DNA of 64,000 bases, from NCBI GenBank assembly GCA_963837955.1, contig CAWIPH010000002.1:1696001-1760000 (forward strand). Direction: 5' to 3'. A model generated the notes under the pieces. The model was not told the DNA's origin. It ran no database searches and worked only from the letters and a program-made list of their open reading frames with translations. Source of the stretch: an uncultured Verrucomicrobiae bacterium. GTDB lineage: Bacteria; Verrucomicrobiota; Verrucomicrobiia; Chthoniobacterales; JAFAMB01. Below, one piece after another: positions 48,700 through 58,817 of the stretch. A program made the position numbers and the translations under genes. Positions within the stretch are counted from its first letter, which is position 1, and the number at the start of each line of letters is the position of its first letter.

Positions 48700-49395
48700 C
48701 TACCAATTGATTTCTTTTCGATCTCGGAAAAATTTGCCCGAAAGCTTGGCGGAAGCTTCGGTTGCGAGCCAGACGGCGGTATCAGCCCCCTGTTCGACTG
48801 ACCGGGAAGCGCCTGGTCCACCCATATCCGTTCGTACCCAGCCTGGGCACGTCGCATTAACGGAAATACCTTCGGCTTGAAGCTTCTGATGTAACATCAG
48901 CGTCATTCCGTTAAGGGCTAACTTGGAGAGACAGTAGCTTGGGACATCCGCCGACAAGCCATCGAGCTCTCCGTATCCGCTCGAGACGTTGATCACGCGG
49001 GCAGATCCGGCCTTTCTCAAATATGGCAAAAAGTCTTGGACTACGCGTATTGCGCCAAACGTGTTGGTTTGAAACGTAGCTACGAGTTGCTCCCGCGTGA
49101 TGCTGAGGATATTGGCACCTTCATCCGGGTAAATGCCCGCGTTATTCACCAGAACATCGAGGTGATCATGATTGTCACCGAATTCTTGGGCAGCTCGCCG
49201 GATACTGGTATCGTCAGAAACGTCCAGTGCTTGGAAACTGACGTCACCGCCCAGTTTTGCGGCTGCACGTTGACCGGCGTCAAGGTTTCGCGCGGTTAAT
49301 ATGACCTGGAAACCTCGCTGGGAGAGTTGTCGCACGATTTCGAATCCGATTCCTTTGTTGGCGCCGGTCACGCATACGATTTTCTTGGATGGCAT
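48700..49395 (-). CDS. Short-chain dehydrogenase/reductase (carbonyl reductase-like)
   Basis: TGANKGIG, LVNNAG, NVSS, YCLSK and CPGWVRTDMGG. Confidence 0.92.
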   Translation of the reverse strand: MPSKKIVCVTGANKGIGFEIVRQLSQRGFQVILTARNLDAGQRAAAKLGGDVSFQALDVSDDTSIRRAAQEFGDNHDHLDVLVNNAGIYPDEGANILSITREQLVATFQTNTFGAIRVVQDFLPYLRKAGSARVINVSSGYGELDGLSADVPSYCLSKLALNGMTLMLHQKLQAEGISVNATCPGWVRTDMGGPGASRSVEQGADTAVWLATEASAKLSGKFFRDRKEINW

Positions 49396-49426
49396 CGAAT
49401 AATGATCACTAATCAATAACAATTGG

Positions 49427-51658
49427 CTATTGGTTATCGGGCGAAGGGGAGGGGGATGCGTCTGGGAGTTCCGGTAACCAACGTGTTTTTTTGGCTTCTT
49501 GTCCGAGTGCGGTTTTCTCGCATCGGTTGACCAACGCTTCGTAAAAACGGTTGGCCGCGGTGTCATCCCATTTTTTCAACCAGGTACCGGCGGTGGCGAG
49601 GATCAAGGCTGTTTCATCGGAGTTATCTGGCATCAGCCGGGCAGCAGACCACGCAAGATCGGCTGCGACGTAACGATAATGGAACCGTTTATCCGGGACG
49701 ACCTTATTCTGCCTCAGCTGCTGTTGTTCCCGGGCGGTTGCAGCGATGACCAGGGGAAGTTTCGAGGTCGTTTTTGTTTCGCCGGTGTTGTCTTCTAAAG
49801 CATTTTGATCGCTATAGTACCCGCGTAGGCGCTCTCCGGCTATGTCCTCCGACTGGAACGAACCGTCCCAGATAGCAAAGTCAGGTTCATTCTCGGTTCC
49901 TCTCAACTCCATTCCGTGTTCGCGCATGACTTGAGCCGCGGACCAAAGTGCATTGGCCTTGTCCTTGGGAGATGTCGCCTTGTTCTGGGCAGTTTTGACC
50001 GAAGCGACGTACTGATCCAAAAAAGTCCGTTGCTCGGCAGGTAGATAAGCAAGAGCCTCCTGATATCGTTCAGCGCGAACCAGCCGGCGACCGAGCAACC
50101 AGCGCATTCGATTCGCTCGATCTGCCCTTGCTTTCTCCTCTTCCATTTGGGGTGTCATTATCTCGTCATCGGTAGCTGACACCTTGTTCTCCAGCGGGTA
50201 CTCTTTGTCGACTAGCGCTTTCAGCTCATCTAACGCTAGTACCCGCTCGGCGACGTAGGCTGCATCTTGCCAATTGTCATTGTCGAGAAATTGATGGAAA
50301 GCGTCCTGGAACTCGCCGCGGGAGAGGAGCAGCAATCCGAGATCACCGCTAGGTCGACTGATCTTTTCGACGTTACTATCTATCTCACGCGATTCGAGTC
50401 CGGATATTTTTGGGGAAAGATGGACTGCGCGGGAAAGTGCTTTGATCGCGTCACCAGTCTTGCCCGCCCGAAAATCTAACTTGGCCTTGAGCCAGAGACT
50501 CATTGCTGAGTCGGGATCAGCCAGGTTCAACCATCGCTGGGCCGCAGCATAATGGCCATTGCCGTACTCAATCCAGCCAAGGACATCGGCACACTCAACG
50601 TGCGAAAGATGGAGACGCTCAATGGCCTGTAGCCATTTTTCAACCTGTTCGTCCTTCTTGACCGGCCCCGGATTGTACTCGGACATCAGCCCCGCCAGGA
50701 TATAGGCTGAGATTACCGGACGTAGAACCGGATCTCGGGCCTCCGGAAATTCGGTATTTGTGTTTGGAGTTGGGGAAGGGGTCGGTGTCACATTTCCGTT
50801 GGCGCCCGCCTTTGCTGGCGTCCACTCAAAGTCTTTCTCCGGACCAACGATTTTTCCGGCAACGACTTCCAGCGACATGACCGAAGTGACGTCACCAGTG
50901 GCGAGCGCTTGCAAATAGAGTTTGGCGCTTTCCGAAAGACTCTTCTGTTCCAAGGCGGCGTACCCTTCCCACCCGAGACTGGCGGCCGCGAGCCCAACAG
51001 AGTCGACGAATTTGCTCGCCACGAGTTCGCGCGTTTGGCGGAACCACTGTTTTGCGTCGTCGTATTTTTTCTCAACCAAGTCCATCTTGCCGAGCATAAA
51101 AGTTGCCCAAGTGGAACGGTATTGGCGTTGCTCGGGCGGCAGGGCCAGGAGCTCTTTCCAGACCTGTCGCGCCCGTCCGTAGTCCTGCGCCGAGTAGTAA
51201 AGAGCTCCGCGATGATACAGTGAAAATTCGCTGGAAAATTCTTCAGTAGGCTCGGACGACTGGCCGGCGGTGCCTCCGATGTAAACGCGCGCGGCTCGGT
51301 GTTGCGCTTTCGCTTTCTCGACGTCAGGAGGTTTAATTTCTCCAGCCTTGATAGCTGCACTGAAATCGTTCTCATCGGCCTCCGCAGTCTGTTTGGAGTA
51401 AAGGGTATCGGTCTGGGTGTGATCTTCGACGTTTGGTTCGCCGGGTGGCCGGACTGTCTGGAACGGAACCGGATATTTTTTGGCGAGCTCTTTGGTTTCA
51501 AGTTCGAAAAAGAATTCCGGAGCTCCTTCGATCGAAGATCCGCCTTGACCAAGGAGCCGCTCCGGTAGCCAGGGCCCGCAGGCTCGAGCGCTACGGGGGA
51601 GAATCAGAAGGGCGAACCAGATGGCGACTGACGGGCTAATCAATCGAGTAATCTGCAT
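49427..51658 (-). CDS. Secreted TPR-like helical protein, partner of DUF3142
   Basis: Signal peptide ending ARA-CGP; TPR-like helices (YHRGALYY, WATFMLGK, GRRLVR..RY.EA); overlaps the DUF3142 stop. Confidence 0.75.
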   Translation of the reverse strand: MQITRLISPSVAIWFALLILPRSARACGPWLPERLLGQGGSSIEGAPEFFFELETKELAKKYPVPFQTVRPPGEPNVEDHTQTDTLYSKQTAEADENDFSAAIKAGEIKPPDVEKAKAQHRAARVYIGGTAGQSSEPTEEFSSEFSLYHRGALYYSAQDYGRARQVWKELLALPPEQRQYRSTWATFMLGKMDLVEKKYDDAKQWFRQTRELVASKFVDSVGLAAASLGWEGYAALEQKSLSESAKLYLQALATGDVTSVMSLEVVAGKIVGPEKDFEWTPAKAGANGNVTPTPSPTPNTNTEFPEARDPVLRPVISAYILAGLMSEYNPGPVKKDEQVEKWLQAIERLHLSHVECADVLGWIEYGNGHYAAAQRWLNLADPDSAMSLWLKAKLDFRAGKTGDAIKALSRAVHLSPKISGLESREIDSNVEKISRPSGDLGLLLLSRGEFQDAFHQFLDNDNWQDAAYVAERVLALDELKALVDKEYPLENKVSATDDEIMTPQMEEEKARADRANRMRWLLGRRLVRAERYQEALAYLPAEQRTFLDQYVASVKTAQNKATSPKDKANALWSAAQVMREHGMELRGTENEPDFAIWDGSFQSEDIAGERLRGYYSDQNALEDNTGETKTTSKLPLVIAATAREQQQLRQNKVVPDKRFHYRYVAADLAWSAARLMPDNSDETALILATAGTWLKKWDDTAANRFYEALVNRCEKTALGQEAKKTRWLPELPDASPSPSPDNQ

Positions 51659-52967
51659 GAACCTCGGTGGGTTGATCAAACAGCAGCCATCCTATATTGC
51701 GCTGCTCACCCGGCGGCAAGCGCATTCGATCATAGCCTGGCTCGCGCTGCAACGAAATGGAGGTGCCGGTTCGGTTCTGGAGGGAGAAACCCCTTAACGC
51801 ATCGGAAGAGATCAATTTTGCCGATTGCCACGTTAGGTCGATTCTCGCTGGCAGTGGTTCATCCATCTCGCCTGAGTTCTCCAAGACGAGGTCGGTCGGC
51901 TGCTCGCCGCTCGCTCGGATGCTCACTTTCCGAGTTGGTTCGGTGCCGGAGGCGACTTTCATTAGGGTGACCATCCGCCAATTCATTTGATCGTTGGCTA
52001 TGGGCAATCGGTACCAAATAAGTCCAGTCAGTTCTGCTGGATGATCTCCCTCCCATTTTCGGACCAAATCAGCAAGTGCTATGGGGTCGGACCGCAGCAT
52101 TTCAAGTCGAACATCCTTAGGCCAAATCGCCAATGGGGCCTCCGCGGACAATCCAATGAGTTTACCGGACGCGTCGAAGGCAACCAGGCAGGAGTAGGTG
52201 GGTAGGGCGACTCGAAACGGTACACCTGTGTGCGCGGCAAGCTCGGCCCATTCCGCGGCTTTTCGTGGATCACAAAGCGGCGTCGGGGTGTTAGGATCGG
52301 CCGGCTTCTCGACCGAATGAACCTGCAGGATGAACCCTCCTGCTTCTCGGGCGAGCGGCCCAAACTCGGTACGTTTCAACCAACTGGGCAGCGCGGTGAT
52401 ATGTAGCGGAATCGGGGCGATCGTTTCCCGGATGGCCCGGACCCAGGTGCGGTAACCAGCAAGCTTAGACTCCGGGCAATCGAAATCGACCTGGAGTTCA
52501 GTTAAAGTGAGGCCGTGGCTCTGAAAATCGCCGCTGATCCCCTTCGCGACCCGGCAAATTTTTTGGGCGACCAGATCGTTTGATTGGAAAGGACCGGAAT
52601 ATCCATCAATCCGTAGAACGGCGCCGACAGCACCATGGGAGCTCTTGAGAGCGGCAAAATCGATCGGAACTTGCAACACCGTCGGGGAACCGTCATGCCA
52701 ACCGATCTCATCGACCATCGGTAAAAACGACCGGAAGTCTTCGGCTGCGGAGATGACCGCGCTGGTGACTTGGGAATTCCAGGTGCGCTGCCAAATGTAG
52801 ACATCGGGTTTGGCGAACCCCTGGCTACTCACTCTTTTCTGACAGGCTGCCAATCCGAACAAAATGGAAATGCCGCCAACGAAACCGAGCAAAAGAGACC
52901 CGCCCCTCAGGCGCGTGAGAGCTTCTGGTTGTTGGCGATTAACCACTGGGGAAGCGGGATTACCCAT
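51636..52967 (-). CDS. DUF3142-family protein (GH18-like TIM barrel), possible lipoprotein
   Basis: Y.WQR.W, LQVDFDCP.S.L..Y, ITALPSW, ILQVHSV, FRVALPTY and GLIWYRLP...D..NW; lipobox-like LAAC. Confidence 0.82.
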   Translation of the reverse strand: MGNPASPVVNRQQPEALTRLRGGSLLLGFVGGISILFGLAACQKRVSSQGFAKPDVYIWQRTWNSQVTSAVISAAEDFRSFLPMVDEIGWHDGSPTVLQVPIDFAALKSSHGAVGAVLRIDGYSGPFQSNDLVAQKICRVAKGISGDFQSHGLTLTELQVDFDCPESKLAGYRTWVRAIRETIAPIPLHITALPSWLKRTEFGPLAREAGGFILQVHSVEKPADPNTPTPLCDPRKAAEWAELAAHTGVPFRVALPTYSCLVAFDASGKLIGLSAEAPLAIWPKDVRLEMLRSDPIALADLVRKWEGDHPAELTGLIWYRLPIANDQMNWRMVTLMKVASGTEPTRKVSIRASGEQPTDLVLENSGEMDEPLPARIDLTWQSAKLISSDALRGFSLQNRTGTSISLQREPGYDRMRLPPGEQRNIGWLLFDQPTEVHADYSID

Positions 52968-53038
52968 TGACCCTCGGTGCTTGCTTTTTATAGTTAATTT
53001 CCGGGGCAATTCCCCGGGGATATCTCCACCTAAATATT

Positions 53039-53533
53039 ATGGCGCTCTCTGTTGGCTCAAAGGCACCCGATTTTTCTCTCAGCACTAAAGACGCTTCCGG
53101 CATTCGGCTGGTGAAGCTTAGCGACAATTTTGGCAAAACGAATACTCTGCTCCTGTTTTTTCCGATGGCGTATACCAGCGTTTGTACGACGGAAATGTGT
53201 GATGTGACCGAAGGCTTTGGAACCTATGAAGGATTGAACACAGCGGTATTCGGGATCAGCGGCGATAGCCCGTTTTCGTTAGAAGCTTGGGCCAAACAAG
53301 AGAAGATAGGCATACCGTTACTGAGTGACTACGATCATTCGGTGGCGAAATCGTATGGTGTTGCGTACGATAGCTTTCTTCCCGCCGCAAACCTGCCAAT
53401 GGGTGGAGTCGCCAAACGGTCGGCTTTCGTCATCGATCGACAGGGAGTGATTCACTACTCGGAGAGCTCGGACAACCCGAAGCAGCTGCCGAACTTTGGC
53501 GCTATCCAAGCGAAGCTAAAGGAGTTGGCCTGA
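53039..53533 (+). CDS. Peroxiredoxin (AhpC/TSA family)
   Basis: [31 protein letters not shown] and RSAFVID. Confidence 0.92.
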   Translation: MALSVGSKAPDFSLSTKDASGIRLVKLSDNFGKTNTLLLFFPMAYTSVCTTEMCDVTEGFGTYEGLNTAVFGISGDSPFSLEAWAKQEKIGIPLLSDYDHSVAKSYGVAYDSFLPAANLPMGGVAKRSAFVIDRQGVIHYSESSDNPKQLPNFGAIQAKLKELA

Positions 53534-53535
53534 GT

Positions 53536-56268
53536 ATGTCGCTGCAGCAGCGTGTAGTCCAATCGTTCTCTTACGGCAAAGGCAAACGAGCCAGATTTTA
53601 CTCGCTGCCGGCACTCGAAGAAGCCGGAATTGCTCCGATCTCGCGACTTCCGGTGAGTATTCGGATTGTCTTGGAATCGGTTCTGCGGAATTGCGATGGG
53701 AAGAAGGTCACCGAAAGGGATGTCACGACGCTGGCCCGTTGGAACGCGAAGAGTCCTGCCGAAGAAGAGATCCCCTTCGTCGTCGCCCGAATCGTGCTGC
53801 AAGACTTCACCGGTGTGCCTTTATTGGTCGATTTGGCTGCGATGCGTGGGGCAGTGGCAAAAGTCAGCCGCGACCCGAAAATCATCGAACCGCTTGTCCC
53901 GGTCGATCTGGTTGTCGATCATTCGGTTCAAGTTGATTTCGCGGGAATTCCAGGAGCGATCGAGCTCAACCTTGAATATGAGTTTAAACGTAACCGGGAA
54001 CGTTATGAATTTCTGAAGTGGGGCCAACAAGCGTTCAAGACGTTTGGTGTTGTGCCTCCCGGGATCGGCATCGTCCACCAGGTGAACTTAGAGTATCTCG
54101 CGCAGGGTGTGCTCAGCGCATCCTCTCCCGAGGGCGAAGTTTGTTATCCAGATAGTTTGGTTGGTACCGATTCGCACACCACGATGATAAACGGCCTTGG
54201 TATTGTCGGGTGGGGAGTCGGCGGTATCGAAGCGGAAGCAGGAATGCTGGGGCAGCCGGTCTATTTTCTGACGCCGGAAGTCGTAGGGGTGCATCTTTCC
54301 GGGAAGCTTAGGGAAGGTGTCACGGCCACCGATCTGGCGCTGCGTGTTACCCAGATGCTGCGAGCGGCTAAAGTCGTAGGTAAATTCGTTGAGTTTTACG
54401 GGGAGGGTGCAGCTTCCCTTCCGCTGCCGGACCGCGCGACCATCGCGAATATGGCTCCGGAATACGGAGCAACGATGGGTTTTTTCCCGGTGGATGACGA
54501 GTCCGTCAATTACCTCCGCATGACCGGGCGATCGGACGAAACGATCGATCGATTTGAAGAATATTTTCACGCGCAACAACTCTTCGGTATGCCGAAGGAA
54601 GGAGCGATTGATTACAGCGTCGACCTGGATCTCGATCTCGATTCGGTTCGCTCCAGCGTAGCCGGGCCGAAACGGCCGCAAGATCGCATCGATCTCGAGT
54701 CGCTTGGAAAGACGTTTCATGCGCTTTTCAGTAAGCCGGCCGCCGAGGGCGGATACGGCAAGGATCCGCAGAGCCTGGCCGAGAAAGTCACGGTCTCGAT
54801 GAACGGAAAAGAAGCGGCAGCACACCCGGAAAAATCCGGACCGATCGGCCACGGCAGTGTTTTGATCGCGGCGATTACCAGTTGCACAAACACAAGCAAT
54901 CCGAGCGTGATGTTGGGCGCCGGCTTGCTAGCAAAAAAGGCGGTGGAGCGGGGCATGAAAGTGAATCCAACGGTAAAGACTTCCCTGGCGCCGGGTTCGC
55001 GAGTAGTAACCGATTATCTGCAAAAAACCGGGCTGCAGCCTTTTTTGGATAAGCTTGGCTTCAATATTGTTGGATACGGTTGCACCACTTGCATTGGGAA
55101 CTCCGGACCACTGCACCCCAACATTGAGCAGGCGCTTTCCGACAAAGATTTTGTCGCTGCGTCGGTGCTCTCTGGGAATCGGAACTTCGAAGCGCGGGTG
55201 CATCAAAGCATCAAAGCAAATTTTCTAATGTCGCCTCCGTTGGTGGTTGCTTTTGCGCTAGCCGGTCACGTCGACGTTGACCTTGCCCATGAGCCGATTG
55301 GGAAAGATAAGAACGGCAGCGATGTTTATCTGCGCGATCTTTGGCCGACGCTGCAAGAGATTCGTGAGGCGATGGAGATGGCACTCTCGCCCGAAGTGTT
55401 TCGAAAGCTGTACGCCGATTTCGCAAACCAAAATCCGAAGTGGAACGAAATCTCCTCGTCAACCGGGGAACTGTATCAGTGGGATGAAGAGAGTAATTAC
55501 ATCCACGAACCACCATTCTTCGCAGATTTTTCGATGGAGCCGGGAAGAATCGAAGAAATTGTCGATGCGCGCCCCCTGGGGATCTTTGGCGATTCGGTGA
55601 CGACCGACCACATCTCGCCGGCCGGCGCAATTAAACAAAGTTCTCCCGCCGGCCAATACCTGATCAGCCGCGGGGTGCAACCCATTGACTTCAACAGTTA
55701 TGGCAGCCGGCGCGGAAATGATCTGGTCATGACGCGAGGGACCTTTGCGAATGTTCGAATCAAAAATCTGATGGTCCCAGGTGTCGAGGGGGGAGTAACT
55801 AAGCATTATCCCAGTGGTGAGCAGCTTTCGATTTACGATGCAGCGATGCGCTATCAAACGGAGGGGGTTCCGCTGATCGTCATCGCTGGGCATGAGTACG
55901 GGACCGGGTCGAGCCGCGATTGGGCGGCAAAAGGGACTCGACTGCTAGGGGTTAAAGTGGTTATCGCCGAAAGTTTCGAACGAATCCATCGATCAAACCT
56001 TGTTGGGATGGGCGTATTGCCTTTGCAATTTCCGGAAGGTACAAACGCTCGATCTCTGAAATTGGAGGGGTCGGAAACTTTTAGCGTCACGGGTCTGCAC
56101 GACGAGATTAGGCCTCGGCAAAAGGTCCGACTCGTTATCAAACGAAAAGACGGTCAAACCGAAGAGATTGAACCAATTCTCCGGATCGATACTCCAATCG
56201 AAGTTGATTATTATCGGCATGGCGGGATTTTGCCCTACGTGCTGAGAGAGCTGTTGAATCGGGGGTAG
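53536..56268 (+). CDS. acnA: Aconitate hydratase A
   Basis: [51 protein letters not shown] and ERIHRSNL. Confidence 0.98.
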   Translation: MSLQQRVVQSFSYGKGKRARFYSLPALEEAGIAPISRLPVSIRIVLESVLRNCDGKKVTERDVTTLARWNAKSPAEEEIPFVVARIVLQDFTGVPLLVDLAAMRGAVAKVSRDPKIIEPLVPVDLVVDHSVQVDFAGIPGAIELNLEYEFKRNRERYEFLKWGQQAFKTFGVVPPGIGIVHQVNLEYLAQGVLSASSPEGEVCYPDSLVGTDSHTTMINGLGIVGWGVGGIEAEAGMLGQPVYFLTPEVVGVHLSGKLREGVTATDLALRVTQMLRAAKVVGKFVEFYGEGAASLPLPDRATIANMAPEYGATMGFFPVDDESVNYLRMTGRSDETIDRFEEYFHAQQLFGMPKEGAIDYSVDLDLDLDSVRSSVAGPKRPQDRIDLESLGKTFHALFSKPAAEGGYGKDPQSLAEKVTVSMNGKEAAAHPEKSGPIGHGSVLIAAITSCTNTSNPSVMLGAGLLAKKAVERGMKVNPTVKTSLAPGSRVVTDYLQKTGLQPFLDKLGFNIVGYGCTTCIGNSGPLHPNIEQALSDKDFVAASVLSGNRNFEARVHQSIKANFLMSPPLVVAFALAGHVDVDLAHEPIGKDKNGSDVYLRDLWPTLQEIREAMEMALSPEVFRKLYADFANQNPKWNEISSSTGELYQWDEESNYIHEPPFFADFSMEPGRIEEIVDARPLGIFGDSVTTDHISPAGAIKQSSPAGQYLISRGVQPIDFNSYGSRRGNDLVMTRGTFANVRIKNLMVPGVEGGVTKHYPSGEQLSIYDAAMRYQTEGVPLIVIAGHEYGTGSSRDWAAKGTRLLGVKVVIAESFERIHRSNLVGMGVLPLQFPEGTNARSLKLEGSETFSVTGLHDEIRPRQKVRLVIKRKDGQTEEIEPILRIDTPIEVDYYRHGGILPYVLRELLNRG

Positions 56269-56333
56269 AGTCGCAAAGGCCAATGTACGGTTCAGGGGCA
56301 AGGGTCTTGCTCCAGCGATTACAATCCTACTTT

Positions 56334-56807
56334 ATGACTACGTTGAATTCAGAAAAACTAGCGTCGCTTGCGAAAGATTTAGCGACCGATTATCCGCGCA
56401 GCCCCCGGGAACTGCTGGCCGGCTACATCATAGGTATGCGCGCATTGGACAAATGTCGCGCTGAACTCAATAGCTCGCTCGGCGAGTACCATTTTAACTG
56501 TCCGGTCGACAATATGTTTTTTGATTTCACCGGGATCGCTGCCGATCAATTCAAGGATTTTGTGGCAACCGGCGCGAACGATCAGGAGGTTGCTGCTTGG
56601 GTTCAAGAACATGCTAAGCCGAGAGAGCGGATCGAAATCATTAAGTGGAATAACGATCTCCGGTACAAGCGTTTGTCCGAGATGGATGATCATATCCAGG
56701 AATACATGGAAGATTACATTCCCCAGTTTGTACCAAAGCGGCTGCAGCACCACATTGACTACTTCTTCGATATCTATGATGCCGAAGAAAAGAGAATGGA
56801 GACGTAA
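56334..56807 (+). CDS. DUF5069-family protein
   Basis: PRSPR..L.GY....R..DK.RA......GEY..NCP.D..F..F.GI and FD..DAEE. Confidence 0.78.
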   Translation: MTTLNSEKLASLAKDLATDYPRSPRELLAGYIIGMRALDKCRAELNSSLGEYHFNCPVDNMFFDFTGIAADQFKDFVATGANDQEVAAWVQEHAKPRERIEIIKWNNDLRYKRLSEMDDHIQEYMEDYIPQFVPKRLQHHIDYFFDIYDAEEKRMET

Positions 56808-56867
56808 ATAGGGTCTTCCCGCTACCAGTTTCGAGTATGTGCGCGAGCTGGATTTACGACGTTTGTC

Positions 56868-57548
56868 TCATTGACCAAGCTTGGCCGGGGCGATCGTGAG
56901 GATTCGATACCGATCGTCCGCGGCGAGTTCGCATGTCGCGTCGATAGCATATTTGGCGCTCGGAATTTCTCCGGCTGGCGCTGTTCCGGGATCGGGTTGT
57001 CCAAAAGCGCCCAGCGCCCGGAGAATTCGAGCGGTTGCGTGGCGGATAATCCCTTCCTCGTGCAGCAAAAAGTGTGAGTTGGTTTGCCATTTGAGCGAAT
57101 GAAACGCGACGTCGATACGCGGCTCGATCGTCGCCAGCTCCGGGGAAATCCGCAGAAGTAAAGATAGACCCGTGACTGAGTAAGCGTGGTTATTCTCGAC
57201 TCGGTAAATAGCCAACCGATTAAGACGTCGACGCACTCGATACCAGATCCCAAAATGTTCCGAATCGGGTGCCCACTCAGAGTGGAAGGCCGCTGGTGCC
57301 GTGTCGAAGAATTCGGCAACCTCTTGGAGTGGCCCCAGACTTTTCTTGGTCCGTGCATTCATGAGCAAAATGCCGAAAGAGCCGTGCTCATCCTCGTGAG
57401 CAGCTATCGCGTAGGCTTGATTGGGCGATAGACCGTTTTCGATCGGAACAAACTGGCCAACCTTATACCGCCAGTCTGCCGTGGCGAGGCTTCGAGGCGC
57501 GTTAATCAGGATTGCGGAAAACACGAGGAGGATCAGCCGAGATCTCAT
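56868..57548 (-). CDS. Hypothetical secreted protein
   Basis: Signal peptide MRSRLILLVFSAILINAPRSLA; SPN..YAIA and W.PDS..F resemble beta-propeller strands. Confidence 0.6.
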   Translation of the reverse strand: MRSRLILLVFSAILINAPRSLATADWRYKVGQFVPIENGLSPNQAYAIAAHEDEHGSFGILLMNARTKKSLGPLQEVAEFFDTAPAAFHSEWAPDSEHFGIWYRVRRRLNRLAIYRVENNHAYSVTGLSLLLRISPELATIEPRIDVAFHSLKWQTNSHFLLHEEGIIRHATARILRALGAFGQPDPGTAPAGEIPSAKYAIDATCELAADDRYRILTIAPAKLGQ

Positions 57549-57627
57549 AGCCGTTTGCGGAGGCGGGAACAGCATACTGAAAGGAGGAATCGGGGCTATT
57601 CGGTAATCGCTTGTTTAGCCCCACGAC

Positions 57628-57690
57628 CGGTAGGGCGAAAATTATTTGAGCGGAGGTCCGGCGGCTCACGCAAAGCGCCTGCCCTACCGA
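57628..57690. repeat. Intergenic inverted repeat (possible terminator or REP)
   Basis: cggtagggc...gccctaccg, downstream of the USP gene. Confidence 0.45.
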
Positions 57691-57701
57691 TCCGGGGTTG
57701 A

Positions 57702-58529
57702 TTACTTACTGATCAACGACCCAGAACCCGCATGCACTTGGCGAATGACCCAGACGTTGGTTGGTATCACTTGGATGATCCAGTCGAGCGCCGGCGCGAA
57801 AATCGGTTGTCCGCGCTCGCCGATTTGCGATGGGAGGATCAGCAGGTCTGCTCCATTTGATTGAATGAATTCGCACGCCGTGAATCCCGTATTACCACGA
57901 ACCAAGTGGGTATCGATTGTTACCGTCGTAGAGGGCGACTCTGCCGCAAAGGCCTCCAGGCACTGCTGCGAAGAAGGGGCGTCGGTTCCCAACGCTTTCT
58001 CTTTGGCTTCGGCGAACGTTGTCTGAACGTGCAGCAGAGTGAGTCCTTTCGCCCCGATCCGCTCGGCAAAACTTGCGCTCCGTTGAAATACTTGGCGGCT
58101 AAATGGAGTGAAATCGGGAATAGCGACGAAGAGTTGTTCAGGCAGCAAGCCGCCCTCTTTCGGTTCCACAAACAGGATGAGGTCACAGGGAGCCTCACGC
58201 ATAAGCGCCCGGGCGACATCTCCGGTGAAATTGCGGTGCACGCTTTCCTGTTCCAAGGCGCCGGCGATCAACAGATCAATCTGCTGTTCGGATTGTATTT
58301 TCAAAATCGCGTCGGACGGTTGGCCGGGTTGAAAGTGAATCGGTGCATCTTCCGGGAGTTCCAACGATCGTAGCGTGTCCCGAAAACGCTCTACCTTGTC
58401 GCCACTCTCTTCGGCCGCATGAATCAAATGGAGCGGAATCTGGAATACATCGCTGATACGTCCTGCTTCCGCTAATACGTCTCTAAAGCGAGGTGAAAAA
58501 GTCGTGGCAACTCCGGCTCGGGAATACAC
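57702..58529 (-). CDS. Universal stress protein (two USP domains)
   Basis: G.PSDAIL......IDLLIAGA, A..L...APCD..L and a second domain with ADLLIL. Confidence 0.85.
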   Translation of the reverse strand: MYSRAGVATTFSPRFRDVLAEAGRISDVFQIPLHLIHAAEESGDKVERFRDTLRSLELPEDAPIHFQPGQPSDAILKIQSEQQIDLLIAGALEQESVHRNFTGDVARALMREAPCDLILFVEPKEGGLLPEQLFVAIPDFTPFSRQVFQRSASFAERIGAKGLTLLHVQTTFAEAKEKALGTDAPSSQQCLEAFAAESPSTTVTIDTHLVRGNTGFTACEFIQSNGADLLILPSQIGERGQPIFAPALDWIIQVIPTNVWVIRQVHAGSGSLISK

Positions 58530-58628
58530 GCGGCGGAACCTACTTTACTTCGACAAAACCAACAACCCGGATTCTCTGCAGATAGCGCCGTTTAGGCAAA
58601 AATTCTGCAGATTTTGTGGAGAGACCGG

Positions 58629-58817
58629 TAGCCTGATCCTCCTGGCTCAGGAGGTACAGCGTGTGAGAGGTGATTGGTGAGAAGTGATCGGTGATTGGAG
58701 TGGTAAAAGGGGGCGGTGAGAGTTTCTGCCGAGAATTTGCCAATAGGCGCGTTTCACTAATCACCAATCACAAATCACCTCTCACACTCTGTACCCTGAG
58801 CCAGGAGGATCAGGCTA
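58629..58817. repeat. Palindromic MITE-like element, copy 3 (most intact)
   Basis: Perfect 23-bp terminal IR tagcctgatcctcctggctcagg / cctgagccaggaggatcaggcta, heptamer-built arms (gtgagag gtgattg gtgagaa gtgatcg gtgattg) and the shared core ttctgccgagaatttgccaataggcg. Confidence 0.88.

Noticed and set aside
50788..54852. Two 254-aa alternative-frame ORFs (50788-51552 and 54088-54852)
   Set aside because: Both are fully nested in or antisense to well-supported genes.
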